NCBI GenBank assembly: GCA_001791325.1
Contig: MGEK01000003.1
Coordinates: 20,741-74,906, forward strand
Source: Candidatus Uhrbacteria bacterium RIFCSPLOWO2_01_FULL_47_25
Lineage (GTDB): Bacteria > Patescibacteriota > Patescibacteriia > GWA2-46-9
Length of the DNA stretch: 54,166 nt
Reading direction: 5' to 3'
Position numbers and translations under genes: made by a program. The notes below the pieces were generated by a model that saw only the letters and a list, made by a program, of their open reading frames with translations, made no database searches and was not told the origin of the DNA. Position 1 is the stretch's first letter. Each line of letters opens with the position of its first letter. Of the stretch, positions 27,208 through 37,531 are shown one piece after another.

Positions 27208-29253
27208 ATGTCGCAAGTTATGGTCAACCGTAACAACGTGGAACCTAGTGATGGAATTTTGGGAACCATTGAGAGAAGGGCCGGATTTTTAGTCGGTTTG
27301 TCTATCGTAATTTATTCCATTTTGTGGTTGGTGATAGTATTTTGGAAATACAATAATTTTCTCTACGATGCCCTTGATTTAGGGATTTATGCGCAAGTCT
27401 TCTGGAACACGAGCTATGGCCGCTGGTTCCAGATGTCCGTTCATCCCCAATCTTATTTAGGGGATCATTTTGAATTATTCCTTCTGTTATTGACGCCCCT
27501 CTACTCCCTTTGGAGAGACCCCCGAATGCTTCTCATTTTACAAACGCTCTTTGTTAATCTTGTCGCCGTTCCACTTTATTTTTTAGCTAAAAATATCTTT
27601 AAAAAAAATGGCTCAATAAAATTTCCCTCTCTATTAGCTCTATTAATTACCGCTATATATTTAACCAATCCCTTTACACACAACGCACTGGCTTTTGAGT
27701 TTCACTTGTTGCCATTTTTCCTCTTGCCCTTCTTTGTCGCTTTATATTATGCCGAGCGCGCAAAATTATGGCCCTTCCTGGGCGCCCTGCTAATCGCTCT
27801 GACCATAAGAGAAGATATTGCTTTCGTTGTGTCGCTCGCTGGTCTCAGTGTTGTTTTGTTATTTTCGGACAAAATTAAATCCAGGCGTTCTGTCTGGATA
27901 ACCGCTCCCATGATCATGGCAGTTATATGGTTTTTTGTAGCAGTCAGTATAGTGAGCTTATTTTCGCCAACTGGCGAATATAAATTCGCTATTTACTATA
28001 CCCCCCTCAAGGGTAGCTGGCAACAAACCTTTGGGGGGATTATAACTAACTCCCTGCCGATAATTGGAAGAATATTCAGGTTTCATAATATTGGCACTTT
28101 AGCTGGTCTCCTTATGCCTGTCTCATTTTTGCCTTTGATAGCTCCAACAGCCCTGCTATTAATGTTATTGCCATTCCTTGAATTCGCCATGCCGCTGGTC
28201 AACAGTGCGCAGGTTCTTGTTTTGCACTATGGGGTTTTATTCTTGCCGGCGCTCATGGTGGCGACAATTATGGCTATTAATAAATTGACAAATGTCCATC
28301 CGCCCCTTGCCTTGCAGCAACTCCTAGCAAGGATGCATTGGCCAGTCCGTTGGCCAATGCATCTTGGGATACTGCTACTTATTACAGGCTCGTTTTATAG
28401 CACCATTGTTCTGGGCCCAATCACTGGGTCCAATGGTATGTTTAAAGACATGAGAATTAAAGATGATATTGAACAAAATACTCTTAAACAAGCCGTAGCA
28501 ACGATCAATAATTTGCCGTTAGTAATCAGCACCAATCGTTTACTCCCCCAATTAAGCAATAGAGAAAATCTTTACACGCTTAGATACGTCTTAGCTGGCC
28601 GTCAACAATTTACCAACAAACCCTATATGGTTCCTGGTCGCGTTGACGCCTTGTTAATTGACCAAGAAGATTTATTGCGTCCGGTGCGCGCCACGGACAA
28701 TAGCAAAGTTAATATCATAGAGCCGAAAGATATGGCTAACCATCTGCGTTTATTCATCGCTGATAAAAATCTTCATCCTATTTGGTCAAGAGATGGGATG
28801 GCAATATTCGTTCCCAAAGATCAGCCAGCAGAAACAATACCGCTTGTTAACACATCAAGCGGCGACAACGCCAATGATGGCATACTTATAGCGCCAAACA
28901 TTTTTGCCGACACTACTCTCATTAAATATAACCGCGATACGGCTGATTTAAAAATTAGATGGCGCGTCAAAAAAGACATTAGCCAAACTTATGCTCTTTA
29001 TCTTCAAACTGAAAACGAAGACCACAAAATCATCAATCGCCGACTGCTGGAACCAGGATGGGGGCTGGCTCCAACGGATACTTGGAAATCAAATAAAATT
29101 ATCACTTCCTTTTTCCGCTTGTCATGGTCGGCAGAAGCAAAAAGAATATCTTTTGCCCTAATTACAATTGATAACAATTCTTATCAATTGACAGATGTCA
29201 TTAAAAAAATTGATACCGACAAACTTATCGCCGTTGACATCAAAAATCCATAG
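27208..29253 (+). CDS. large polytopic membrane protein (DUF2079-like)
   Basis: 681 aa. N-terminal YDALDLGIYAQVFWNTSYG...GDHFE pattern recalls DUF2079. Soluble C-terminal domain. Confidence 0.5.
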   Translation: MSQVMVNRNNVEPSDGILGTIERRAGFLVGLSIVIYSILWLVIVFWKYNNFLYDALDLGIYAQVFWNTSYGRWFQMSVHPQSYLGDHFELFLLLLTPLYSLWRDPRMLLILQTLFVNLVAVPLYFLAKNIFKKNGSIKFPSLLALLITAIYLTNPFTHNALAFEFHLLPFFLLPFFVALYYAERAKLWPFLGALLIALTIREDIAFVVSLAGLSVVLLFSDKIKSRRSVWITAPMIMAVIWFFVAVSIVSLFSPTGEYKFAIYYTPLKGSWQQTFGGIITNSLPIIGRIFRFHNIGTLAGLLMPVSFLPLIAPTALLLMLLPFLEFAMPLVNSAQVLVLHYGVLFLPALMVATIMAINKLTNVHPPLALQQLLARMHWPVRWPMHLGILLLITGSFYSTIVLGPITGSNGMFKDMRIKDDIEQNTLKQAVATINNLPLVISTNRLLPQLSNRENLYTLRYVLAGRQQFTNKPYMVPGRVDALLIDQEDLLRPVRATDNSKVNIIEPKDMANHLRLFIADKNLHPIWSRDGMAIFVPKDQPAETIPLVNTSSGDNANDGILIAPNIFADTTLIKYNRDTADLKIRWRVKKDISQTYALYLQTENEDHKIINRRLLEPGWGLAPTDTWKSNKIITSFFRLSWSAEAKRISFALITIDNNSYQLTDVIKKIDTDKLIAVDIKNP

Positions 29254-29256
29254 CCA

Positions 29257-29997
29257 TCACCTATCCCAAACAGTACATTTGATAATTGTAACTATGGCTT
29301 TTAGACCGTCGCGCCAACCGATCTTTTTACCCTCTTCATAGGTTCTACTTGTATAGGTAATAGGAACCTCAAAAATGCGCCACTGGCGGTGGGCGATTTT
29401 AATGGTGAGTTCCGGCTCAATGCAAAAGTCGTCTGATTTTAAAATGGGCGTGAGTTCTTGAACCACCGAGCGACGAAACACCTTATAGCCAGTTTCCATA
29501 TCAGTTAAGATTAGACCAGTGCAAAGGTTGGTCAGAAATGTCAGAAAACGATTACCAAGCAAATGCCAAAAATAAATGGGGCGGACGCTTGCTGGCGCGA
29601 GAAAACGTGAGCCGTAGACCACATCGGCCTGGCGTTTATCAAAAAATGGAGCGAGAAGAATGGGAAAATTTTCTTCAGGATCATATTCAAGATCGGCGTC
29701 TTGTATGATAATAATGTCGCCACTGGCTATTTTGAGGCCTTCCCTGATGGCCCGTCCTTTGCCGTAGTTGCGGTCAAGTCGCAATAACGATATGCTTTTG
29801 CCTTCCGGGTGACGACTGGCAAATTGCTGAACCAAAGCCGCCGTATTGTCACTTGAGCCGTCGTCAATAACGATAATTTCTTTAAATAAACGTTCGCTCA
29901 ATATACTGTTATTCAGCGAGACGGCGCACACAGATTCTAAAATATTAAACACCGTGCCCTCCTCATTGAAGGCTGAAATGATAATTGATAACTTCAT
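29257..29997 (-). CDS. family 2 glycosyltransferase (polyprenyl-phosphate sugar synthase-like)
   Basis: LSIIISAFNEE, VIDDGSSDNT and IIQDADLEYDP motifs. Confidence 0.85.
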   Translation of the reverse strand: MKLSIIISAFNEEGTVFNILESVCAVSLNNSILSERLFKEIIVIDDGSSDNTAALVQQFASRHPEGKSISLLRLDRNYGKGRAIREGLKIASGDIIIIQDADLEYDPEENFPILLAPFFDKRQADVVYGSRFLAPASVRPIYFWHLLGNRFLTFLTNLCTGLILTDMETGYKVFRRSVVQELTPILKSDDFCIEPELTIKIAHRQWRIFEVPITYTSRTYEEGKKIGWRDGLKAIVTIIKCTVWDR

Positions 29998-30139
29998 ATT
30001 TTCGTTAAATAGGCAATCTTATTATTTGTTGTTATAATAATAGCACAGTCCTAGTATAAAATAATACTTATCCCAAGAAAAACATCGGGCGAAAATCAAT
30101 TTAGATTATTAGATTGGGTTACTCAAGGCCAGCAATAGT

Positions 30140-31396
30140 ATGAATGAAATGAAAAGAGGGCGGTATCAATTATTGAATGACCATGGTTCTATCATCATAG
30201 TCCATATGATCATTGTTTTTTCCTCTCTCGCTATTTATTTCAATTCCATAAGTGGTGTACATCAGCACTTCGTATATATGGCCAAATCGTTTCTTCAGGG
30301 TAAACTTTATTTAGTAGAAATGCCCGGGAACTGGTTTGATGCTGTAAAATATGATAATCATTACTATTGGCCCCTCGGGCCGGCGCCAGCCATAGTTCTT
30401 ATGCCCTTTGTCGCCGTCTTTGAAAAAATGGGGTTGTTTTTTTATCAAAACTATTTACAGATGTTGTTAACGGCGGCGATTTTTTACTTTTGTTTTGTCT
30501 TAGCCCAAAAATTTAATTATTCAGCGACGGACAGTCTCTACTTGGGTTTCGCCTTTGTTTTTGCCTCTGTTTATCATTTGAGCGCTTTTATACCCTGGAG
30601 CTGGTATTTTGCCCAGACCTTAACCGTTTTTTTAACTTTTGCGAGCATACACGAGTATTTTGGAAGGCGCCGTTATTGGCTAATCGGCGCGCTCTTGGCA
30701 TTAGTGTTTGCCACGAGATTTACTGCCGGGTTCGGAATCATTTTTTTTGTGGGTGCCATTATCCTAGAGGCTGAAAGTAACATCAGCCAAAAAATCAAAA
30801 ATTTGATGGCCCTTATCGTCCCGATCATAATTGTGGGCGTACTGCTTTTGACATATAACTACCTAAGATTCGGCGATCCATTTAATAACGGATATTACAA
30901 TGTTAACAATCATATTTTGACAGACCAAGAACAATTTGAACGAAAAAATTACGGTCTTTTTCAATTAAGAAATATTCCTACGAATTTTTATTATTATTTT
31001 CTTAAATCAGTTGATCCAGTGCGGCTAGACGTTTTTTCATACGGCGAACAAACATATGTCCTTAAACCACCTTACCTCAATGTCAGTTATCCGGGGGTGA
31101 GTTTTTTCGTGGTGGCGCCAATCTTTCTTTATATATTTAGAGCGCGTTTTGGAGAAAAAATCGTAAAACTGGCGCTTCTTTCCGTGTCGGTAACACTTTT
31201 GGCTCTCCTGTCGTATTTCTGGCCGGGGTGGACACAGGTCGGACCGCGCTACGCACTGGATTTTCTGCCCTATCTTTATCTTGTTCTATTATTTTCTTTT
31301 CCACATTTCGCGCTGACCAAATTATCAAAGGGGGTCATCGTCGGAAGCGCCTTCTTTAATTATTTTTTGTTAATGACGACTATCCTAAAAATGTGA
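30140..31396 (+). CDS. polytopic membrane protein, GT-C-like (paralog A)
   Basis: Shares FLQGKLY, Y(Y/F)WPLGP.PA..LMP, RYWLIG and GPRYALDFLP blocks with 31607..32866. Confidence 0.5.
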   Translation: MNEMKRGRYQLLNDHGSIIIVHMIIVFSSLAIYFNSISGVHQHFVYMAKSFLQGKLYLVEMPGNWFDAVKYDNHYYWPLGPAPAIVLMPFVAVFEKMGLFFYQNYLQMLLTAAIFYFCFVLAQKFNYSATDSLYLGFAFVFASVYHLSAFIPWSWYFAQTLTVFLTFASIHEYFGRRRYWLIGALLALVFATRFTAGFGIIFFVGAIILEAESNISQKIKNLMALIVPIIIVGVLLLTYNYLRFGDPFNNGYYNVNNHILTDQEQFERKNYGLFQLRNIPTNFYYYFLKSVDPVRLDVFSYGEQTYVLKPPYLNVSYPGVSFFVVAPIFLYIFRARFGEKIVKLALLSVSVTLLALLSYFWPGWTQVGPRYALDFLPYLYLVLLFSFPHFALTKLSKGVIVGSAFFNYFLLMTTILKM

Positions 31397-31406
31397 TCTA
31401 AAATTA

Positions 31407-31532
31407 ATCCCGCACCTTACATCCCCCGCCGTGGCGGAGCGGGAGTATTTACCTCGCGGGAAGAATTTATAGCTTGCCTTTATTCCTGCGGTCCCGCCTT
31501 GGCAGGACAGGGTATTCTGGAGGGTGCGGGAT
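31407..31532. repeat. GC-rich inverted-repeat-bounded element (ATCCCGCACC...GGTGCGGGAT), copy 1
   Basis: 10-bp terminal inverted repeat. The interior is homologous to the reverse complement of 32883-32999. Confidence 0.7.
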
Positions 31533-31606
31533 AAATATCAAACTGTTGCTATGATAAAACAAATGACAGTCAACCATTTTTATCCTTATCAGAAAAGTCT
31601 TTAAAT

Positions 31607-32866
31607 ATGCTTAATAAAAGGAATGTATTTGACGTAACGGTAGTCGCCGATAGATTTAAAAATTTTGGCTTTGTCGTTATTTTGACCGTCATGTTAATTT
31701 TTCTGGTGCTACTGGCGTCATTTAATTTAAGCGATCATGGAGATCAGCAATTTAGCGAGCTGGCGCGATCTTTCTTGCAAGGCAAGCTGTATTTCACCCA
31801 GTTACCGGCCGATGCGGGACTGCATGACGTAGCGTTTTTCAACGGTAAATATTTCTGGCCGCTTGGGCCGCTGCCAGCCTTTTTGCTTATGCCATTGGTC
31901 GCGATATTTGATCAATTTAATTTGTTTTTTTACCAGGGATATATTGAATTTTTTATCACCTTGTCAATTTTTTATCTTATATTTCGTATTTCTCGCATAT
32001 TTAAATATGCGACGACTGATTCACTCTATCTGGCTTTGGCTTTTGGCGCGGGCTCTTCCTATCTTCATATTGCCTTAATACCCAAATCGTACTTTTACGC
32101 GCAGTCTTTAACGGTTCTATTGTTGCTTTTGGCCATTCATGAATTCTTGACAAAAAAACGTTACTGGCTTATTGGCCTATATTTAGGAAGTGTTTTAATG
32201 ACACGAATCACCGCAGTCAGCGGCGCTATTTTTTTTATTTTGATGTCACTAACTTCTAATAAAAAATTTACAGATAAAATTCGTGAATTGTTAGAGATTG
32301 TTGCCCCCTTAACAGCATCTTTTATTATATTGCTTATATATAATTATTCTAGATTTCATAATTGGTGGGAGTCTGGTTATAATTTACAGCTTGTAATGAA
32401 ACAATTCATCGTAGCCCGTTCTTATGGATTATTTAGCCTCGCCCATCTGCCGGGCAATCTTTACTATTTTCTGCTCGGCCACCCCTTGCCGATATTCAGA
32501 GATGAGGTGTCGCATGTTCTTAAGCCGCCCTATATTGTTGCTGATCCGTGGGGAATGAGCATATTTATCACTTCTCCATATTATCTTTATTTATTTTGGG
32601 GATCCTACCGCGATCGCTTAGCTAAAATATTGTGGATAACTGTCATAGCCACGGCCGTGCCGATTTTTATGTATTATGGAATCGGCTGGATTCAATTTGG
32701 CTATCGCTACGCCCTTGATTTTTTGCCCTTCCTTTTCCTGTTGTTTTTAATCGCGATAAAACAACAGACTGATAAGCTGTCACTTAAACTAAAAATACTC
32801 ATTGTTGTTGGCGCGTTTTTCAATATATATTTGATTAGTTCGCTTATTAATTATACTGTAAAATAG
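31607..32866 (+). CDS. polytopic membrane protein, GT-C-like (paralog B)
   Basis: See paralog A. Confidence 0.5.
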   Translation: MLNKRNVFDVTVVADRFKNFGFVVILTVMLIFLVLLASFNLSDHGDQQFSELARSFLQGKLYFTQLPADAGLHDVAFFNGKYFWPLGPLPAFLLMPLVAIFDQFNLFFYQGYIEFFITLSIFYLIFRISRIFKYATTDSLYLALAFGAGSSYLHIALIPKSYFYAQSLTVLLLLLAIHEFLTKKRYWLIGLYLGSVLMTRITAVSGAIFFILMSLTSNKKFTDKIRELLEIVAPLTASFIILLIYNYSRFHNWWESGYNLQLVMKQFIVARSYGLFSLAHLPGNLYYFLLGHPLPIFRDEVSHVLKPPYIVADPWGMSIFITSPYYLYLFWGSYRDRLAKILWITVIATAVPIFMYYGIGWIQFGYRYALDFLPFLFLLFLIAIKQQTDKLSLKLKILIVVGAFFNIYLISSLINYTVK

Positions 32867-32882
32867 CTCAATAATTGCCTTT

Positions 32883-32999
32883 ATCCCTCACCTTCCAGAA
32901 CACCCCGCGGTCTCCGCTCGCTGACGGACAGGTTGCCGCAGGATGGAAACTATATATACTTCCCGTGGGGTTTAATATCCCGCGATGAAGGTGTGGGAT
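32883..32999. repeat. GC-rich inverted-repeat-bounded element, copy 2 (opposite orientation)
   Basis: ATCCCTCACC...GGTGTGGGAT. It abuts the stop codon of the gene at 33000. Confidence 0.7.
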
Positions 33000-33746
33000 T
33001 TATTTTCTTAGTTTTAATCGCCGCCTCATTGCAATCAGGGCCGATATGTATTGCTTGATGATTTTAAGTAATGGAATGCCTGAATTGCGTCCAGAATACT
33101 TATATTCAATCCAAGAGACCGGCACCTCACTTATTTTATAGCTAGCCGCTTCGGCCAGCAAAAGCAATTCTGTGTCAAAGAACCAATCTTTATTCAGCAC
33201 TTGTGGCACAAGTTGGAGGACGACATCTTTATTTACTCCCTTACATCCACACGGTAAATCAGATAAACGCGTGTCGGTCATAACGCGTGCTAACCAGCGA
33301 TAACCCAAAGATATTAAACGACGATAAAGAGGACGAGTAACAGTTGAGTGAGCGAGCGCTCGTGAACATGTCGCGATATCGGCCCCTTGGACGAACGCTT
33401 GCATCATTAGCGGTAGGGCTTTCGTTAAATCAACGGAAAGATCGATATCACTAAAAAAATAATAATCAGCCTGAACTGACATCCATGATTGAAGAACCGC
33501 CCTTCCCTTACCGGGCTCTGACAGTACGCGGGCAACCACATTCGGAAGTTGATCGGCCAAACGCTTGGCTATCGGCAATGTTTCATCCGTAGAATCATTG
33601 ACAGCAATAATAATCAGCCACGGAGAGGGCAAAAATTTGAGAGCTACGGTGTGGGCTAAACGAATACTGCGCTCTAGAATAAGTGCTTCGTTTCTTACCG
33701 GAAAGACTAAGACGGCAGCATATTTTTTTCTTTCAAGGAACGGCAT
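33000..33746 (-). CDS. family 2 glycosyltransferase
   Basis: VLVFPVRNEA, AVNDSTDET and FSDIDLS motifs. Start set at the ATG at 33746, which gives a 14-nt overlap with the upstream gene. The ORF track extends to 33794. Confidence 0.7.
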   Translation of the reverse strand: MPFLERKKYAAVLVFPVRNEALILERSIRLAHTVALKFLPSPWLIIIAVNDSTDETLPIAKRLADQLPNVVARVLSEPGKGRAVLQSWMSVQADYYFFSDIDLSVDLTKALPLMMQAFVQGADIATCSRALAHSTVTRPLYRRLISLGYRWLARVMTDTRLSDLPCGCKGVNKDVVLQLVPQVLNKDWFFDTELLLLAEAASYKISEVPVSWIEYKYSGRNSGIPLLKIIKQYISALIAMRRRLKLRK

Positions 33747-35361
33747 AAATGGTTGCCTCGCTATCTTTATAAATAATTGGAAATTTATGAGCATTAAACA
33801 TTTTAACGGCTTCCTCAGTATGAAAATCGCTTACCAACACATACTCGGCTTTAAAACTATTTCTTATTACTGCCGCTGGATCTGAAGAAACCCCACGATA
33901 AATATTCTCCCACTCTTTAAGCCTGGCCTCATTATCGCCATCCAAAAATCTCAAATCCAGACCACTCACATACGATAAATTTGGAGCAAAATAAAATAAC
34001 GCCGGAAAATCATCCCATCTTAAATTATACACCATGGTACGCGAAGGCACTCTGCTCTCCAACCATTGGGATGCGCCTTTTAAATAAATAAAGGACCAGC
34101 CATTTTCAAATCGCTTATCAAGCAAACGTACTGTTCGTGTTGTGTAGACAACTATAAAAAAAATAATGAGCAGCGCTGTCATGGCGTACCACCATTTGCT
34201 CAACGACCAATCTTTAATAATTTGATAAAACGGATTCGTGGTCCCGGAACGCCAAAGAACGCTTAACCACAACGCTGTTGCTAAATGACCAAGGGGTATA
34301 AAATATTCAACATAACGCCTAGATATTAAAGTCAACAACAGAAAAGAGCAGCTAATAATCCCCATGGTTAAATAAAAAACTTTTTCTTTTGAATCATTAA
34401 ATCGCAAGGTCTGGTCCGTAAGCCAATCAATGATTAAAATGGTTATAACAACTAGAGATACAACAAAAAGCGGCGCGGCAGCCGTGAAAAGTTCAACCCA
34501 CGGGAACCGAAACCATTCGTTCCCCACGACACTAATGCTGGTCGGTATTAAAGCAATGTCAATGATTTGACGTTGAAAAAATGTAAGGTTCGTTGGAAAA
34601 TACGGATTGATAATAATACCAGCCACGCTGCCAAAAAAAGACCAACCCAAAGGGGCGATAGATGAATATAGTTTTTCTTTGCCAATAAAGAATAATCCCG
34701 CGCTATATAAAGCTACGCTAACCAATAATAACGGCCAACCGCCATATGTCCATACGTAAATAAAAGACAGAACGGCTAACCAATGATAACGATTCTCTTT
34801 TAAGCACACCAACCCCAAAAAATAGATAATCAGAGAAAGCGGCAGGGCTTTTACTAAATTGAGACGAAATAGGAGCGGCCAAGATGTACCGGCGAAAAAG
34901 GTCCACCAAAAAGCGCCGATCACTTGGAAACGACGCATGGTCCAAAAATAAACCAACAAAGCTAAGGGGCCAAGAATTACAATGGCCACTTTTAGTACGA
35001 CAATCGGATCAAACAACAAAACAAAGGGCACTAAAATTAGGTGATATAAAAAATGGTGATCGGTATAATAATTAGCCAAAAGTGTCAGCGGCAACCAAGG
35101 AAAATTTTTAACTAAGATTCCTTGCGATAAAAACTCGACTATTTTCGCGTGATAAAGAGAGTCGGAATCAAGAATGGTTGGATGACGCTGTAAGAAACCA
35201 AATAAAGCAACAAAAATAACGACCAGCACAGAGCCGGCCAGCCAAGGATGCAGCTCAAGAATGATAAGGACAGAACGTAATTTATTCAAAATTTTTTGGG
35301 CAATCACCCCGTTAGAAGTCCAACTATGCATCATTTCCGTCTCTTTGTGCTTTGCAATCAT
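33733..35361 (-). CDS. large polytopic membrane protein, GT-C-like
   Basis: About 14 TM segments with a DSDSLYHAK loop. The annotated ATG (35361) lies inside TIR element copy 7. An in-frame GTG at 35307 is an alternative start. Confidence 0.5.
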   Translation of the reverse strand: MIAKHKETEMMHSWTSNGVIAQKILNKLRSVLIILELHPWLAGSVLVVIFVALFGFLQRHPTILDSDSLYHAKIVEFLSQGILVKNFPWLPLTLLANYYTDHHFLYHLILVPFVLLFDPIVVLKVAIVILGPLALLVYFWTMRRFQVIGAFWWTFFAGTSWPLLFRLNLVKALPLSLIIYFLGLVCLKENRYHWLAVLSFIYVWTYGGWPLLLVSVALYSAGLFFIGKEKLYSSIAPLGWSFFGSVAGIIINPYFPTNLTFFQRQIIDIALIPTSISVVGNEWFRFPWVELFTAAAPLFVVSLVVITILIIDWLTDQTLRFNDSKEKVFYLTMGIISCSFLLLTLISRRYVEYFIPLGHLATALWLSVLWRSGTTNPFYQIIKDWSLSKWWYAMTALLIIFFIVVYTTRTVRLLDKRFENGWSFIYLKGASQWLESRVPSRTMVYNLRWDDFPALFYFAPNLSYVSGLDLRFLDGDNEARLKEWENIYRGVSSDPAAVIRNSFKAEYVLVSDFHTEEAVKMFNAHKFPIIYKDSEATIYAVP

Positions 35362-35441
35362 CTATAATTCTATTAGGCACCGCAATCCCAACGCAGATAA
35401 ATTCTTTCAAGAATTTTATCTGCCTAGGACTTTTAACGGGG
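35307..35441. mobile_element. TIR miniature element copy 7
   Basis: Arms ccccgttagaagtcc (35307-35321) and ggacttttaacgggg (35427-35441), with 1 mismatch. Internal hairpin at 35393-35423. No TSD. Confidence 0.6.
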
Positions 35442-35464
35442 CAAGTCACCCTACACCAAAATCT

Positions 35465-37498
35465 CTAAAGCAGGCCAATGATAAGAAGAGCGACGATGTT
35501 TAAAATTTTTATCATGGGGTTAATGGCCGGACCGACCGTGTCTTTGTAGGGATCGCCAACCGTATCGCCGGTAACCGCCGCCTGATGGGCAAACGATCCT
35601 TTGCCGCCATGGTGTCCGGCTTCAATGTATTTTTTAGCATTGTCCCAAGCCGCGCCGCCCGTGGTCATACTGATAGCCAAAAATAAACCAGTCACAATGC
35701 TGCCGACCAAGAGTCCTCCTAGGGCATCGGCCCCAAGCGTCAATCCAACCGCTATCGGCGCAACTACGGGAATCAAAGCCGGCAATATCATCTCCCGAAG
35801 CGCCGTTTTGGTCACAATATCAACCGCTTTGGCATAATCTGGTTTTCCGGTACCGTCCATAATTCCTTTAATCTCCCTGAATTGCCGACGCACTTCTTCC
35901 ACCACTTCACCGGCCGCCTTGCCGACTGACTCCATAGCCAGTGACGCAAACCAGTAAGTGATTATGCCTCCCAAAAATAAACCAATGATAACGTTTGGAT
36001 TGGAGAGAGAAAAATTCACGTTACCAACCTCATTGGCAAAAGCCGCAAAAAGCACGACAGCCGCGAGGCCCGCCGAACCAATAGCATAACCCTTAGTCAC
36101 GGCCTTGGTGGTGTTGCCAACCGCGTCCAAAGGGTCGGTCACAGCTCGCACGCTCTCTGGCAATCCGGCCATCTCGGCAATACCGCCGGCATTATCGGTT
36201 ACAGGGCCATAAGCGTCAATTGTCACAATAATGCCGGTCATTGAGAGCATGGAGAGAACCGCGATAGCCACGCCGTACAAACCGGCAAAATACCCAGCGG
36301 CTAAAATTCCTAAACCGATAACCAAAACTGGCAAAACAGTGGAGCGCATGCCAATCGCCAGTCCCGCTATAATGTTCGTGCCGTGTCCAGTTGTTGAGGC
36401 ATTAGCAATATGCTGAACCGGCTTGTATTTTGTGGAAGTAAAGTAATCAGTAATCCAAACCATTAAACCAGTAACGACCAAACCAATAAGAAGACTCATA
36501 TAGAGACCGTTGGGAGACAGAACGAAGGGAGAATTAAGAAATGCTTCAGCCCATATATCGTTGACATCAATGTTATATAACGTTTGTCGCGTATAGATCG
36601 TAGTGACAAAATAAAACGCACCAGCGGCTATCAAACCGCTCGCTACGAGCCCCTTGTAAAGGGCGCGCATAATACGTTCGTCCCCAGACTTCAAACGAAT
36701 AAACCAAATACCAACAATTGAGGCGAGAATTGACACACCAGCGATTACCAAGGGATAACGTAAAATAGCCGGATTATTCCCGAACAACTGTTGACCCAAA
36801 ACCATCGCCGCGATTATTGTCACGGCGTAAGTTTCAAACAAATCGGCGGCCATGCCGGCGCAATCCCCCACATTGTCGCCAACATTATCCGCGATAACCG
36901 CCGGGTTCCTGGGATCGTCTTCTGGAATACCGGCCTCAACCTTGCCAACCAAATCAGCACCGACATCAGCGGCCTTGGTAAAAATACCACCGCCCAGACG
37001 GGCAAAAACAGAAATTAAACTTCCCCCAAAACCGAGACCGATCAGCGCTTGAACATTTTGAGTAATGGCGTAAAAACCAGTTACTCCCAAGAGCCCCAAA
37101 CCCACGACAAGTAATCCTGTTACTGAACCAGCATCAACAGCCACGCGAAAAGCGGCAGGCAAACCATTCTTGGCCGCTTCGGTCGTGCGTACATTGGCCT
37201 TGACCGAAACGCGCATACCAATATAGCCGGCCAGAGCTGAAAATAAAGCGCCAACCACAAATCCAGCTGCAGTAGTGAAAGAAATTAAAAACCACAGCAG
37301 CAAAAAAATTGGCACCGCCACCAAACCAACGGTGCGGTATTGGCGCTTGAGATACGCCCTAGCCCCTTCTTCAATAGCCGCGGCAATACTTTGCATTTTT
37401 TCGTCGCCGCTTGGCAATTTAAGAAGGCGGCGAATAATCACGACGCCGTAGGTCAAAGCGATAAGCGCCGTCAAAATGGCAAACCAAATTGCGTTCAT
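35465..37498 (-). CDS. hppA: membrane-bound proton/sodium-translocating pyrophosphatase
   Basis: 677 aa with conserved GDNVGD, DxxGDPxKD and other H+-PPase blocks. Confidence 0.95.
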   Translation of the reverse strand: MNAIWFAILTALIALTYGVVIIRRLLKLPSGDEKMQSIAAAIEEGARAYLKRQYRTVGLVAVPIFLLLWFLISFTTAAGFVVGALFSALAGYIGMRVSVKANVRTTEAAKNGLPAAFRVAVDAGSVTGLLVVGLGLLGVTGFYAITQNVQALIGLGFGGSLISVFARLGGGIFTKAADVGADLVGKVEAGIPEDDPRNPAVIADNVGDNVGDCAGMAADLFETYAVTIIAAMVLGQQLFGNNPAILRYPLVIAGVSILASIVGIWFIRLKSGDERIMRALYKGLVASGLIAAGAFYFVTTIYTRQTLYNIDVNDIWAEAFLNSPFVLSPNGLYMSLLIGLVVTGLMVWITDYFTSTKYKPVQHIANASTTGHGTNIIAGLAIGMRSTVLPVLVIGLGILAAGYFAGLYGVAIAVLSMLSMTGIIVTIDAYGPVTDNAGGIAEMAGLPESVRAVTDPLDAVGNTTKAVTKGYAIGSAGLAAVVLFAAFANEVGNVNFSLSNPNVIIGLFLGGIITYWFASLAMESVGKAAGEVVEEVRRQFREIKGIMDGTGKPDYAKAVDIVTKTALREMILPALIPVVAPIAVGLTLGADALGGLLVGSIVTGLFLAISMTTGGAAWDNAKKYIEAGHHGGKGSFAHQAAVTGDTVGDPYKDTVGPAINPMIKILNIVALLIIGLL

Positions 37499-37531
37499 AT
37501 AATTATGACACTATTAAATGACTTAATTAAT

